A DNA stretch of 64,000 nucleotides from Escherichia coli. Its GTDB lineage: Bacteria > Pseudomonadota > Gammaproteobacteria > Enterobacterales > Enterobacteriaceae. Under the pieces are notes generated by a model that worked only from the letters and a program-made list of their open reading frames with translations, made no database searches and was not told the DNA's origin. Each line of letters starts with the position of its first letter. Within the stretch, counting starts at the first letter, position 1. The position numbers were made by a program, and so were the translations under genes. The DNA is taken from assembly GCF_003790525.1 (NCBI RefSeq), contig NZ_CP033635.1. One strand, written 5' to 3'. Shown piece after piece: positions 11,756 through 21,568 of the stretch.

Positions 11756-13954
11756 ATGTCAAAATTAAAAATTGCGGTTAGTGATTCTTGCCCGGACTGT
11801 TTTACCACGCAGCGAGAATGTATCTATATTAATGAAAACAGTAATATCGATGTGGCGGCAATAGTTTTATCGCTCAACGATGTTACACGCGGAAAACTCG
11901 ATGAAATCGATGCCACGGGTTATGGCATCCCGGTATTTATTGCTACTGAAAATCAAGAACGTGTACCCGCAGAGTATTTGCCCCGTATTTCGGGTGTCTT
12001 TGAGAATTGCGAATCGCGACGAGAATTTTATGGTCGTCAGTTAGAAACCGCAGCCAGCCATTATGAAACTCAACTGCGCCCGCCCTTCTTCCGCGCACTG
12101 GTCGATTATGTCAATCAGGGTAACAGCGCGTTTAATTGCCCCGGTCATCAGGGCGGCGAATTTTTCCGTCGCCATCCGGCGGGGAATCAGTTTGTGGAAT
12201 ACTTTGGTGAGGCGCTGTTCCGTGCTGACTTGTGCAACGCGGATGTGGCAATGGGCGATCTGCTGATTCACGAAGGCGCGCCATGCATTGCACAGCAACA
12301 TGCGGCAAAAGTGTTTAATGCCGATAAAACATACTTCGTTCTAAATGGCACTTCATCTTCTAACAAAGTGGTTTTAAACGCCCTGTTAACACCGGGGGAT
12401 CTGGTGCTGTTTGACCGTAATAACCATAAATCTAATCACCACGGAGCGTTGCTACAGGCTGGCGCAACACCAGTTTATCTGGAAACCGCACGCAACCCGT
12501 ATGGCTTTATCGGTGGTATTGATGCCCACTGCTTCGAAGAAAATTACCTGCGCGAACTGATTACAGAAGTCGCACCGCAGCGGGCAAAAGAGGCGCGTCC
12601 TTTCCGCCTCGCCGTTATTCAGCTAGGCACTTACGACGGTACGATTTATAACGCCCGTCAGGTGGTGGATAAAATTGGTCATCTGTGTGACTACATCCTC
12701 TTTGACTCCGCATGGGTCGGCTATGAGCAGTTTATCCCGATGATGGCGGACTGTTCACCACTGTTGCTGGATCTTAATGAGAACGATCCGGGTATTCTGG
12801 TTACGCAATCTGTGCATAAACAGCAGGCTGGTTTTTCCCAGACTTCACAAATCCATAAAAAAGACAGCCATATCAAAGGGCAACAGCGTTATGTACCGCA
12901 CAAACGCATGAACAACGCCTTTATGATGCATGCCTCCACCAGCCCGTTCTATCCGCTGTTTGCCGCACTGGATATCAACGCCAAAATGCATGAAGGCGTC
13001 AGCGGTCGTAATATGTGGATGGATTGTGTGGTAAATGGCATTAATGCCCGCAAACTGATCCTCGATAACTGTCAGCATATTCGTCCATTCGTACCTGAAC
13101 TGGTGGATGGTAAACCCTGGCAGTCGTATGAAACAGCGCAAATTGCGGTTGATCTGCGCTTCTTCCAGTTTGTACCAGGTGAGCACTGGCATTCTTTTGA
13201 AGGCTATGCAGAGAATCAATACTTTGTCGATCCGTGCAAACTGTTGCTGACAACCCCAGGTATTGATGCACGTAACGGCGAATATGAAGCGTTCGGTGTA
13301 CCCGCGACGATTCTTGCTAACTTCCTGCGCGAAAATGGCGTAGTGCCGGAAAAATGCGATCTTAACTCCATCCTCTTTCTGCTGACTCCGGCAGAAGATA
13401 TGGCCAAACTTCAGCAACTTGCTGCTCTGCTGGTACGCTTCGAAAAACTGCTTGAGTCCGACGCGCCATTATCAGAAGTACTGCCTTCCATCTACAAACA
13501 GCATGAAGAGCGCTACACCGGTTATACCCTGCGTCAGTTGTGTCAGGAAATGCATGATTTGTATGCCCGTCACAACGTGAAACAACTGCAAAAAGAGATG
13601 TTTCGTAAGGAACACTTCCCACGTGTCAGCATGAATCCACAAGAAGCCAACTACGCCTATTTACGCGGTGAAGTGGAGCTGGTTCGTCTGCCGGATGCAG
13701 AAGGCCGTATCGCTGCAGAAGGTGCGCTTCCTTATCCTCCGGGAGTGCTGTGTGTTGTTCCGGGTGAAATCTGGGGTGGTGCTGTTCTGCGTTACTTCAG
13801 CGCTCTGGAAGAAGGGATCAACCTGCTGCCAGGTTTTGCACCGGAGCTTCAGGGTGTCTATATCGAAGAACATGATGGTCGTAAGCAAGTTTGGTGCTAT
13901 GTCATCAAGCCTCGTGGTGCGCAAAGCACCCTGCTGAAAGGGGAAAAATTATGA
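11756..13954 (+). CDS. speF: Inducible ornithine decarboxylase (PLP-dependent)
   Basis: 732 aa from MSKLKIAVSDS; Orn/Lys/Arg decarboxylase fold; ORF-track start 11678 is an extension; stop overlaps potE start. Confidence 0.95.
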   Translation: MSKLKIAVSDSCPDCFTTQRECIYINENSNIDVAAIVLSLNDVTRGKLDEIDATGYGIPVFIATENQERVPAEYLPRISGVFENCESRREFYGRQLETAASHYETQLRPPFFRALVDYVNQGNSAFNCPGHQGGEFFRRHPAGNQFVEYFGEALFRADLCNADVAMGDLLIHEGAPCIAQQHAAKVFNADKTYFVLNGTSSSNKVVLNALLTPGDLVLFDRNNHKSNHHGALLQAGATPVYLETARNPYGFIGGIDAHCFEENYLRELITEVAPQRAKEARPFRLAVIQLGTYDGTIYNARQVVDKIGHLCDYILFDSAWVGYEQFIPMMADCSPLLLDLNENDPGILVTQSVHKQQAGFSQTSQIHKKDSHIKGQQRYVPHKRMNNAFMMHASTSPFYPLFAALDINAKMHEGVSGRNMWMDCVVNGINARKLILDNCQHIRPFVPELVDGKPWQSYETAQIAVDLRFFQFVPGEHWHSFEGYAENQYFVDPCKLLLTTPGIDARNGEYEAFGVPATILANFLRENGVVPEKCDLNSILFLLTPAEDMAKLQQLAALLVRFEKLLESDAPLSEVLPSIYKQHEERYTGYTLRQLCQEMHDLYARHNVKQLQKEMFRKEHFPRVSMNPQEANYAYLRGEVELVRLPDAEGRIAAEGALPYPPGVLCVVPGEIWGGAVLRYFSALEEGINLLPGFAPELQGVYIEEHDGRKQVWCYVIKPRGAQSTLLKGEKL

Positions 13955-15270
13955 GTCAGGCTAAATCGAACAAGATGGGCGTCGTTCAGTTAACCATACT
14001 GACGATGGTCAACATGATGGGCTCCGGTATCATCATGCTGCCGACAAAGCTTGCCGAAGTTGGGACAATCTCAATTATCTCCTGGCTGGTGACAGCCGTA
14101 GGCTCAATGGCACTGGCGTGGGCATTCGCAAAATGCGGTATGTTCAGCCGTAAGGCAGGTGGTATGGGCGGTTATGCGGAGTATGCTTTCGGTAAATCCG
14201 GTAACTTTATGGCGAACTACACCTACGGTGTCTCGCTGCTGATTGCTAACGTCGCGATTGCTATTTCGGCGGTTGGTTACGGCACCGAACTGCTCGGCGC
14301 GAGTTTGTCGCCAGTGCAGATTGGTCTTGCGACCATCGGGGTGCTGTGGATTTGTACCGTGGCTAACTTCGGTGGTGCGCGCATTACCGGGCAAATCAGT
14401 AGCATTACTGTGTGGGGGGTAATCATTCCGGTCGTCGGTCTGTGCATTATCGGCTGGTTCTGGTTTAGCCCGACGCTGTACGCTAACTCATGGAACCCTC
14501 ATCATGTACCGTTCTTTAGCGCTGTAGGTTCCTCCATCGCCATGACGTTGTGGGCTTTCCTCGGTCTGGAGTCTGCCTGTGCCAACGCCGAAGTAGTGGA
14601 AAACCCGGAACGTAACGTGCCAATAGCAGTCCTTGGCGGTACGTTAGGTGCGGCAGTGATTTATATCGTCTCCACCAACGTGATTGCCGGGATTGTGCCC
14701 AATATGGAGCTGGCAAATTCAACGGCACCATTTGGCCTGGCCTTCGCACAGATGTTCACACCAGAAGTGGGTAAAGTCATTATGGCGCTGATGGTGATGT
14801 CCTGCTGCGGTTCACTGCTTGGCTGGCAGTTCACCATTGCCCAGGTGTTTAAATCTTCATCTGATGAAGGCTACTTCCCTAAAATTTTCTCCCGTGTAAC
14901 CAAAGTGGATGCACCGGTTCAGGGAATGTTGATCATTGTGATTATTCAGAGTGGATTGGCACTGATGACCATTAGCCCGTCACTGAACAGCCAGTTCAAC
15001 GTGCTGGTTAACCTGGCCGTGGTGACCAATATCATCCCGTATATTCTGTCGATGGCAGCATTAGTTATTATTCAGCAGGTCGCCAATGTGCCACCGTCAA
15101 AAGCGAAAGTAGCAAACTTTGTTGCCTTTGTTGGTGCGATGTACAGTTTCTATGCGCTGTACTCATCCGGGGAAGAAGCCATGCTGTACGGTTCCATCGT
15201 GACCTTCCTTGGTTGGACACTGTATGGTCTGGTATCTCCACGCTTTGAACTGAAAAATAAACACGGTTAA
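13951..15270 (+). CDS. potE: Putrescine:ornithine antiporter
   Basis: 439 aa from MSQAKSNKMGVVQLT; APC-family transporter; ATGA overlap with speF. Confidence 0.95.
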   Translation: MSQAKSNKMGVVQLTILTMVNMMGSGIIMLPTKLAEVGTISIISWLVTAVGSMALAWAFAKCGMFSRKAGGMGGYAEYAFGKSGNFMANYTYGVSLLIANVAIAISAVGYGTELLGASLSPVQIGLATIGVLWICTVANFGGARITGQISSITVWGVIIPVVGLCIIGWFWFSPTLYANSWNPHHVPFFSAVGSSIAMTLWAFLGLESACANAEVVENPERNVPIAVLGGTLGAAVIYIVSTNVIAGIVPNMELANSTAPFGLAFAQMFTPEVGKVIMALMVMSCCGSLLGWQFTIAQVFKSSSDEGYFPKIFSRVTKVDAPVQGMLIIVIIQSGLALMTISPSLNSQFNVLVNLAVVTNIIPYILSMAALVIIQQVANVPPSKAKVANFVAFVGAMYSFYALYSSGEEAMLYGSIVTFLGWTLYGLVSPRFELKNKHG

Positions 15271-15284
15271 AAAAAGCGAAATAA

Positions 15285-15318
15285 AAAAGGGCGATTGAAT
15301 GATCGCCCTTTCTGTTTG
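15285..15318 (+). terminator. potE rho-independent terminator
   Basis: GGGCGAT-tgaa-TGATCGCCC hairpin followed by TTTCTGTTTGTT. Confidence 0.65.
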
Positions 15319-15354
15319 TTGACAAAGAGTTCGTTATTTATGCCGCATCCGGCA

Positions 15355-15496
15355 GGTGTAGGGTCCAAACGCGGTCGAACACAGCAACTATTTGCGTAAT
15401 TATATGAGGCATTTGCGACAAAAACTGGAACAGGATCTCGTCCGCCCCGCCATTTCATTACTGAAACCGGTATTGGGTATCGGTTTATGCTTTGAA
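15355..15496 (+). repeat. Decayed duplicate of the 3' end of kdpE (direct repeat of 11019..11161, about 90% identity)
   Basis: Read by eye: ...CCAAACGCGGTCGAACACAG...GCGACAAAAACTGG...CCGCCATTTCATTACTGAAACCGGTATTGGGTATCGGTTTATGCTTTGAA present at both loci; copy B has an early stop in the kdpE frame; preceded by a partial REP (TGCCGCATCCGGCA). Confidence 0.85.
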
Positions 15497-15618
15497 AAAA
15501 GTGGCAATGTATGGATAAAGTCATTTTTTATTCAAATATAAGGAACTTAATATTTAAAAAATGTCCCATACAATGCCTCATCATAAATGACACCGTAGCA
15601 CACAAGGAGCAAGTAGCG

Positions 15619-16269
15619 ATGCGTGAAGTGAGTCAGTTAGTAAATACTGAAGATTCAGCCTGGCCAATAATCCAGAATTGGTTAAAAGAAGCCACAAACC
15701 ATGCCGAACTCTTACCGGTTAATAAAGATTTAGCCGAAACCGCACTTTATCAATTACAGGTTACAACAAAATCACCGATGGGTGCGCTTGTCTATGGCTC
15801 CGGAGGTCTGCTGATTGATAACGGTTGGTTACGCATAGCAGGCTCTGGTCACCCCCGGTTACCACGAGATCCAGCAAGTTGGACACAACGCCCTGAATTC
15901 GCAAGCGTGCGGGCTTTACCCATCGCCGATGATGTCGCAGGGGGAATTTTTGCTCTTAATGGTGGCGATCTTGGGGAAGATACTGGCTGCGTTTATTATT
16001 TTGCGCCAGATACGCTGAATTGGGAAAGTCTGGAGGTTGGATATTCTGAGTTTCTTCAGTGGGCATTATCCGGTGATTTAGATACCTTCTATGAAAATGT
16101 ACGCTGGCCGCAATGGCAAGAAGACGTAATAAAATTATCGGCAACGGAAGCCTTCACTTTCTACCCTTTCTTATGGGTACAATGTGAAGAAGCAAGAACA
16201 AGAAAAGTTATTTCGCTTACTGAACTCTGGGAAATGCAGTATCAAATGAAAGAAACAATCACGCAATAA
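15619..16269 (+). CDS. ybfG: Uncharacterized protein YbfG-like (possibly DUF2625)
   Basis: ORF 15511..16269; start chosen at ATG 15619 preceded by AAGGAG; start uncertain; AT-rich gene. Confidence 0.6.
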   Translation: MREVSQLVNTEDSAWPIIQNWLKEATNHAELLPVNKDLAETALYQLQVTTKSPMGALVYGSGGLLIDNGWLRIAGSGHPRLPRDPASWTQRPEFASVRALPIADDVAGGIFALNGGDLGEDTGCVYYFAPDTLNWESLEVGYSEFLQWALSGDLDTFYENVRWPQWQEDVIKLSATEAFTFYPFLWVQCEEARTRKVISLTELWEMQYQMKETITQ

Positions 16270-16309
16270 GACATGTTCAGGTCCGGGTTTCATTCCCGGA
16301 CTCGCTATT

Positions 16310-16804
16310 TTAATGTGTGTTTATCGCTTTCAATTCTTGCTGGCAATTTTCTGACTGACAGCGTCGCAACTCAATAATCCCTACATGCATCATCGAGCCA
16401 AAAAATCCGCTTTCGCTGACATAATCCTCATTAACTAGCGGTCGAGTGCCGGGCTTACCCTGGCAAATCCCCATAAAAAATGAGGTGTAGCATTGCCATT
16501 CAGGATTTAAACCGGTCTTTTCTTGTGCTGACATATCATGAAGATAAGTAAGTTCTTTTTCGTTCCCGCCTGACAACTGCCAGCGGCGGGTATTATCAGG
16601 TAAGTTATCGCCACGGCAATTTGTCTTACACCGGGAAGGCGCAATATTTACCGTAATGCTCCCCGTTAATCCTCTGGTTTTATCTTTAGGGGTCAGTAAC
16701 CAGTCACCAGCTAATGATGATTGTTCAGGTTGGGCGCATGCTGTCAGCAGTAGTGTGGCGGTAATTAATGCCACTCTGACGACCAGACTCCTTTTGGTCT
16801 TCAT
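16310..16804 (-). CDS. ybfP: Uncharacterized lipoprotein YbfP
   Basis: 164 aa from MKTKRSLVVRVALITATLLLTAC (signal peptide plus lipobox LTAC); ORF-track extension to 16855 is an upstream in-frame start. Confidence 0.8.
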   Translation of the reverse strand: MKTKRSLVVRVALITATLLLTACAQPEQSSLAGDWLLTPKDKTRGLTGSITVNIAPSRCKTNCRGDNLPDNTRRWQLSGGNEKELTYLHDMSAQEKTGLNPEWQCYTSFFMGICQGKPGTRPLVNEDYVSESGFFGSMMHVGIIELRRCQSENCQQELKAINTH

Positions 16805-16854
16805 TTTGAATTCCCTTGAGCTATTCAGTTTGTTGGCAAAGTGCTCGTTGTTCA

Positions 16855-16954
16855 TGCCGGATGCGGCGTGAACGTCTTATCCGGCCTACAAAATCGCGTA
16901 AATTCAATATATTGCACCATCTTCCCAAGCCTGATAAGCGTAGCGCATCAGGCA
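16855..16954. repeat. REP elements (BIME-like pair) between ybfP and pgm
   Basis: GCCGGATGCGGCGTGAACGTCTTATCCGGCCTAC and GCCTGATAAGCGTAGCGCATCAGGC, typical REP palindromes. Confidence 0.7.
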
Positions 16955-16963
16955 GTCATAAGT

Positions 16964-16998
16964 AAAAAAAGGCGATCTTCTGACCGCCCTTTTTCTTA
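16964..16998 (-). terminator. Probable pgm terminator
   Basis: GGCG...CGCC hairpin flanked by A-run/T-run immediately downstream of pgm stop. Confidence 0.45.
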
Positions 16999-17008
16999 TT
17001 AAATGTGT

Positions 17009-18649
17009 TTACGCGTTTTTCAGAACTTCGCTAACAATCTCAACCGCTTCTTTCTCAATCTGCTTGCGATGTTCTTCCCCGAGGAAGCTTTCGCAGTAGA
17101 TTTTGTATGCGTCTTCTGTGCCTGACGGACGCGCGGCGAACCAGCCGTTGTCAGTCATCACTTTCAGACCGCCAATAGAAGCACCATTACCCGGAGCCGC
17201 CGTCAGGCGTGCGGTGATCGGGTCACCTGCCAGGGTGCTGGAGCTCACCATTTCCGGAGACAGCTTAGACAGCGCCGCTTTTTGTGCGGAAGTCGCAGCT
17301 GCCTGCAAACGGTTATAGCTCGGCGCACCAAAGCGTTCTGCCAGTTCGTTGTAGTGTTCCTGCGGGTTCTTACCAGTGACAGCGGTGATTTCCGCCGCCA
17401 GCAGACACATGATGATGCCGTCTTTATCAGTCGACCACGGCGTGCCGTCGAAACGCAGGAAGGAAGCCCCTGCGCTCTCTTCGCCGCCAAAGCCGAAGCT
17501 GCCATCGAACAGACCATCAACAAACCATTTGAAACCTACCGGGACTTCTACCAGCTTACGGCCCAAGTCATTGACCACACGGTCGATCATCGCAGATGAA
17601 ACCAGCGTTTTACCGACAGCAACATCTTTGCCCCACTGCGGACGGTGCTGGAACAGGTAGTTGATCGCCACCGCCAGGTAGTGGTTCGGATTCATCAAAC
17701 CTGCCGGAGTGACGATACCGTGACGGTCATAATCCGGGTCGTTAGCAAACGCCAGATCGAACTTATCACGCAGTGCCAGCAGACCCGCCATCGCACACTC
17801 GGAGGAGCAGTCCATACGGATCGCACCGTCTTTATCGAGGTGCATAAAGCGGAAGGTTTGATCGACCTGATCGTTAACGATGGTCAGGTTGAGGTTGTAA
17901 TACTCGCCAATGCGCTTCCAGTATTCGATACCGGAACCGCCCAACGGATCAACGCCCAGCGTCAGGCCCGCTTTCTGAATCGCCGCCATATCAACGATAT
18001 CGGCCAGACCTTCCACAAACGGCTGCACCAGATCCTGCTCTTTCACATGACCGGATGCCATCGCTTCGTCGAGGGAGATACGCTTCACGCCTTTCAGGCC
18101 ATCGGCCAGCAGTGCGTTGGCCCTGTCTTCCACCACTTTGGTGACGTTGGTATCAGCCGGGCCACCATTTGGCGGGTTGTACTTGATACCACCATCTTCC
18201 GGCGGGTTATGGGACGGTGTAATCACGATACCGTCTGCCAGCGGGCCACCTTTTTTATTGTGAACCAGGATGGCATTGGAAACGGCAGGCGTTGGAGTGA
18301 AGCCATTGTTTTCCTGCACAATAACATCAACGCCGTTCGCTGCCAGCACTTCCAGAACGGAAATAAACGCAGGCTCGGACAGGGCGTGAGTATCTTTACC
18401 CACATAGCAAGGGCCAGTGATGCCGTTTTTCGCACGTTCTTCAGCAATTGCCTGAGCGATCGCCAGAATGTGCGGCTCGTTAAAGCTGTGGCGCGCTGCA
18501 CTGCCACGGTGACCGGAAGTACCGAATTTCACCGCGTGCTCCGCATTCCCTGCTTCTGGTTTCAGTACATAATATTGCGCCGTCAGTTGGGCGACGTTAA
18601 TCAAATCACTCTGTTGTGCAGGTTGGCCTGCACGATTGTGGATTGCCAT
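17009..18649 (-). CDS. pgm: Phosphoglucomutase
   Basis: 546 aa from [12 protein letters not shown]; active-site TPSHNP, GGEESAG; ORF-track start 18700 is an extension. Confidence 0.95.
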   Translation of the reverse strand: MAIHNRAGQPAQQSDLINVAQLTAQYYVLKPEAGNAEHAVKFGTSGHRGSAARHSFNEPHILAIAQAIAEERAKNGITGPCYVGKDTHALSEPAFISVLEVLAANGVDVIVQENNGFTPTPAVSNAILVHNKKGGPLADGIVITPSHNPPEDGGIKYNPPNGGPADTNVTKVVEDRANALLADGLKGVKRISLDEAMASGHVKEQDLVQPFVEGLADIVDMAAIQKAGLTLGVDPLGGSGIEYWKRIGEYYNLNLTIVNDQVDQTFRFMHLDKDGAIRMDCSSECAMAGLLALRDKFDLAFANDPDYDRHGIVTPAGLMNPNHYLAVAINYLFQHRPQWGKDVAVGKTLVSSAMIDRVVNDLGRKLVEVPVGFKWFVDGLFDGSFGFGGEESAGASFLRFDGTPWSTDKDGIIMCLLAAEITAVTGKNPQEHYNELAERFGAPSYNRLQAAATSAQKAALSKLSPEMVSSSTLAGDPITARLTAAPGNGASIGGLKVMTDNGWFAARPSGTEDAYKIYCESFLGEEHRKQIEKEAVEIVSEVLKNA

Positions 18650-18674
18650 TGCTTTGTCCTTTGTCTGCAACGTT

Positions 18675-19220
18675 TTAGATAGTTCCGCAAACCTTCTCAA
18701 TCAATTCCGCCGGGAATTGCATCGACTGCATGATGTGTTCGATCATGCTGCATTTACGGCCGGTGTTGGTGTTGGTGATCACCCAATACGGCGTACCAGG
18801 CACATGTTTCGGCTTGGTCTGATTACCATTTTTCAGCAGCGTTTGTTCATCTGCCGCAAAGTAAACGCGTGTACGACCGTGCAACGATTCCGTTGCTTCG
18901 GCAAACGCCTGGGCGTCAAGAGAATATAGTGTAGACAACAGCAGCATAAAGCGATTGACCGCTCGCTTTTGCTCTGCGTATTCATCCGAAAGCAGAAGTT
19001 CACGCATTGCGCGAACCTTGTCTTTAATCGTTTTGACCGGCTTCGCTTCGACGATAGCAGGTGACGCAACGCGAACCTCTTTCGTCACCGGAGCAGCAGG
19101 CTGTGATGCGGCGGAAAATTTCAACATACGCCGTAAAATGTCGGATGCGCTCTCGCCGATATGCTTAGTGTGGCTGGCAATATAGCTGTAGAGTTCATCA
19201 TCAACTTCAATCGTTTTCAT
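18675..19220 (-). CDS. seqA: Replication-initiation negative regulator SeqA
   Basis: 181 aa from [23 protein letters not shown]; directly upstream of pgm (seqA-pgm operon). Confidence 0.95.
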
Positions 19221-19404
19221 CTTAATCCAGTGCAGTGTCTTAGCTGAATACAAGTCGCCAGGAGTATATGAATAAATCCCGGCAGCGGATAGCGTCAAGC
19301 CTGGCTTGCAGAAAAACTCGGAATAAACCTTATTTGTTGCAGCCCTGTGGCACAATGGTCAACATAATACCCTAACCCGACAACGCGAAAAAAAGAACTT
19401 TGCC

Positions 19405-20169
19405 ATGAAATTGAATATCCGCGCGCAAACTGCACAAAACCAGCACAATAATTCTCCCATCGTTCTTGTCCATGGTCTGTTTGGCAGCCTCGACAACCTT
19501 GGCGTACTGGCTCGCGATCTGGTAAACGATCACAATATCATCCAGGTTGATATGCGTAACCACGGTCTTTCACCGAGAGATCCGGTAATGAATTACCCGG
19601 CGATGGCGCAGGATCTTGTTGATACCCTGGATGCACAGCAGATCGACAAAGCAACATTTATCGGTCACTCCATGGGCGGTAAAGCGGTAATGGCTCTTAC
19701 TGCACTAGCCCCCGATCGCATTGACAAGCTGGTGGCGATTGATATTGCGCCGGTCGACTATCACGTACGCCGTCATGATGAGATTTTCGCGGCCATCAAC
19801 GCAGTCAGTGAATCAGACGCACAAACACGCCAGCAAGCAGCGGCAATAATGCGCCAGCATCTTAATGAAGAAGGGGTGATTCAGTTTCTGTTAAAATCTT
19901 TTGTTGACGGGGAGTGGCGCTTTAACGTGCCAGTATTGTGGGATCAGTATCCGCATATTGTGGGTTGGGAGAAAATCCCGGCATGGGATCATCCTACCCT
20001 GTTTATCCCTGGCGGCAATTCTCCGTATGTTAGCGAGCAGTACCGTGATGATTTACTGGCACAATTTCCACAGGCTCGGGCGCATGTGATTGCAGGCGCG
20101 GGTCACTGGGTCCATGCTGAAAAACCGGATGCGGTATTACGCGCTATCCGTCGCTATCTCAATGATTAA
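19405..20169 (+). CDS. ybfF: Alpha/beta-hydrolase esterase YbfF
   Basis: 254 aa; nucleophile elbow GHSMGG. Confidence 0.9.
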   Translation: MKLNIRAQTAQNQHNNSPIVLVHGLFGSLDNLGVLARDLVNDHNIIQVDMRNHGLSPRDPVMNYPAMAQDLVDTLDAQQIDKATFIGHSMGGKAVMALTALAPDRIDKLVAIDIAPVDYHVRRHDEIFAAINAVSESDAQTRQQAAAIMRQHLNEEGVIQFLLKSFVDGEWRFNVPVLWDQYPHIVGWEKIPAWDHPTLFIPGGNSPYVSEQYRDDLLAQFPQARAHVIAGAGHWVHAEKPDAVLRAIRRYLND

Positions 20170-20174
20170 CGCAA

Positions 20175-20190
20175 CTGATTAAAAACCCAG
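20175..20190 (+). promoter_or_regulatory. Candidate LexA box upstream of ybfE
   Basis: CTGATTAAAAACCCAG fits CTG-N10-CAG with AT-rich centre; ybfE is reported as LexA-regulated in E. coli. Confidence 0.4.
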
Positions 20191-20308
20191 CGTCCGCGTC
20201 GCTTTCCGCGCGTGGGCGTTGGCGTGACTCATCGCGCTGATGTATTATGGCGCGCTATCCATCCGGGCAGGCGCCTGGCTGATTGTTTCCCCCGAAGTCA
20301 CCAAGATC

Positions 20309-20602
20309 ATGGCCAAAGAACAAACGGACCGTACGACATTAGATCTGTTCGCGCACGAGCGTCGACCGGGACGACCGAAAACTAATCCGCTTTCGCGCGA
20401 TGAACAGCTGCGTATTAATAAACGCAACCAACTAAAACGCGACAAAGTACGTGGCCTTAAGCGTGTCGAACTGAAGTTGAACGCGGAAGCTGTCGAGGCA
20501 CTGAACGAGCTGGCGGAATCGCGCAATATGAGCCGTAGCGAGCTGATCGAAGAGATGTTAATGCAGCAACTGGCGGCGCTGCGTAGTCAGGGCATCGTTT
20601 AA
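20309..20602 (+). CDS. ybfE: CopG/RHH-family DNA-binding protein YbfE
   Basis: 97 aa from [14 protein letters not shown]; ORF-track start 20240 is an extension. Confidence 0.8.
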   Translation: MAKEQTDRTTLDLFAHERRPGRPKTNPLSRDEQLRINKRNQLKRDKVRGLKRVELKLNAEAVEALNELAESRNMSRSELIEEMLMQQLAALRSQGIV

Positions 20603-20741
20603 ATTTCCACTTTCATGTAGCACAGTGTGCAGTCCTGCTCGTTTGCTGATTCCGCAAGACTGCCTGTTCTGCTATGATTGCCTTTATCCGTGGGCAATTT
20701 TCCACCCCCATTTCAATAAGTTTCAAGAGGTTATTTCACTC

Positions 20742-21272
20742 ATGGCTATCACTGGCATCTTTTTCGGCAGCGACACCGGTAATACCGAAAATATCGCAAA
20801 AATGATTCAAAAACAGCTTGGTAAAGACGTTGCCGATGTCCATGACATTGCAAAAAGCAGCAAAGAAGATCTGGAAGCATATGACATTCTGCTGCTGGGC
20901 ATCCCAACCTGGTATTACGGCGAAGCGCAGTGTGACTGGGATGACTTCTTCCCGACTCTCGAAGAGATTGATTTTAATGGTAAACTGGTTGCGCTGTTTG
21001 GTTGTGGCGACCAGGAAGATTACGCAGAATACTTCTGCGATGCATTGGGCACCATCCGCGACATCATTGAACCGCGCGGCGCAACTATCGTTGGTCACTG
21101 GCCAACCGCGGGCTACCACTTCGAAGCGTCAAAAGGTCTGGCTGATGATGACCACTTTGTCGGTCTGGCTATCGACGAAGATCGTCAGCCGGAACTGACC
21201 GCTGAACGTGTAGAAAAATGGGTTAAACAAATTTCTGAAGAGCTGCATCTCGACGAAATTCTCAATGCCTGA
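20742..21272 (+). CDS. fldA: Flavodoxin 1
   Basis: 176 aa from [16 protein letters not shown]; flavodoxin FMN-binding signature. Confidence 0.95.
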
Positions 21273-21278
21273 TGTGAT

Positions 21279-21310
21279 GCGGCGTAGACTCATGTCTACG
21301 CCGTATTAAT
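21279..21310 (+). terminator. fldA terminator hairpin
   Basis: GCGGCGTAGAC-tcat-GTCTACGCCG followed by TATT. Confidence 0.55.
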
Positions 21311-21477
21311 AGATAATGCCAATCAAAATAATTGCTACAAATTTGTAACTTTTGCTGTTGTACCTGTACAATGTCCCGGTGTTCAAGTGGCCTTGCCGTT
21401 GTAAATGTAAGCTGTGCCACGTTTTTATTAACAATATTTGCCAGGGACTTGTGGTTTTCATTTAGGCGTGGCAATTC

Positions 21478-21496
21478 TATAATGATACGCATTATC
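21478..21496 (+). promoter_or_regulatory. Fur-box-like operator at the fur/uof promoter
   Basis: TATAATGATACGCATTATC matches 16/19 of the Fur consensus GATAATGATAATCATTATC; overlaps the uof ATG, so promoter geometry is unresolved. Confidence 0.5.
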
Positions 21497-21568
21497 TCAA
21501 GAGCAAATTCTGTCACTTCTTCTAATGAAGTGAACCGCTTAGTAACAGGACAGATTCCGCATGACTGA
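21482..21568 (+). CDS. uof: Uof, 28-aa upstream ORF translationally coupled to fur
   Basis: ATG ATA CGC... encodes MIRIISRANSVTSSNEVNRLVTGQIPHD; stop overlaps fur start region. Confidence 0.7.
   Translation: MIRIISRANSVTSSNEVNRLVTGQIPHD

Noticed and set aside
15497-15618. Possible small gene or sRNA between the kdpE-fragment repeat and ybfG
   Set aside because: AT-rich promoter-like sequence only; the in-frame extension of ybfG (from 15511) lacks a convincing RBS; nothing supports a separate feature.
17645-18682. 345-aa ORF on the plus strand
   Set aside because: Entirely antisense to pgm; arginine/histidine-rich low-complexity translation typical of a reverse-frame artefact in a highly codon-biased gene; no RBS or promoter context.
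20240-20602. YbfE as a possible RHH antitoxin of a toxin-antitoxin pair
   Set aside because: No small toxin-like ORF is adjacent or overlapping; flanked by ybfF and fldA housekeeping genes.
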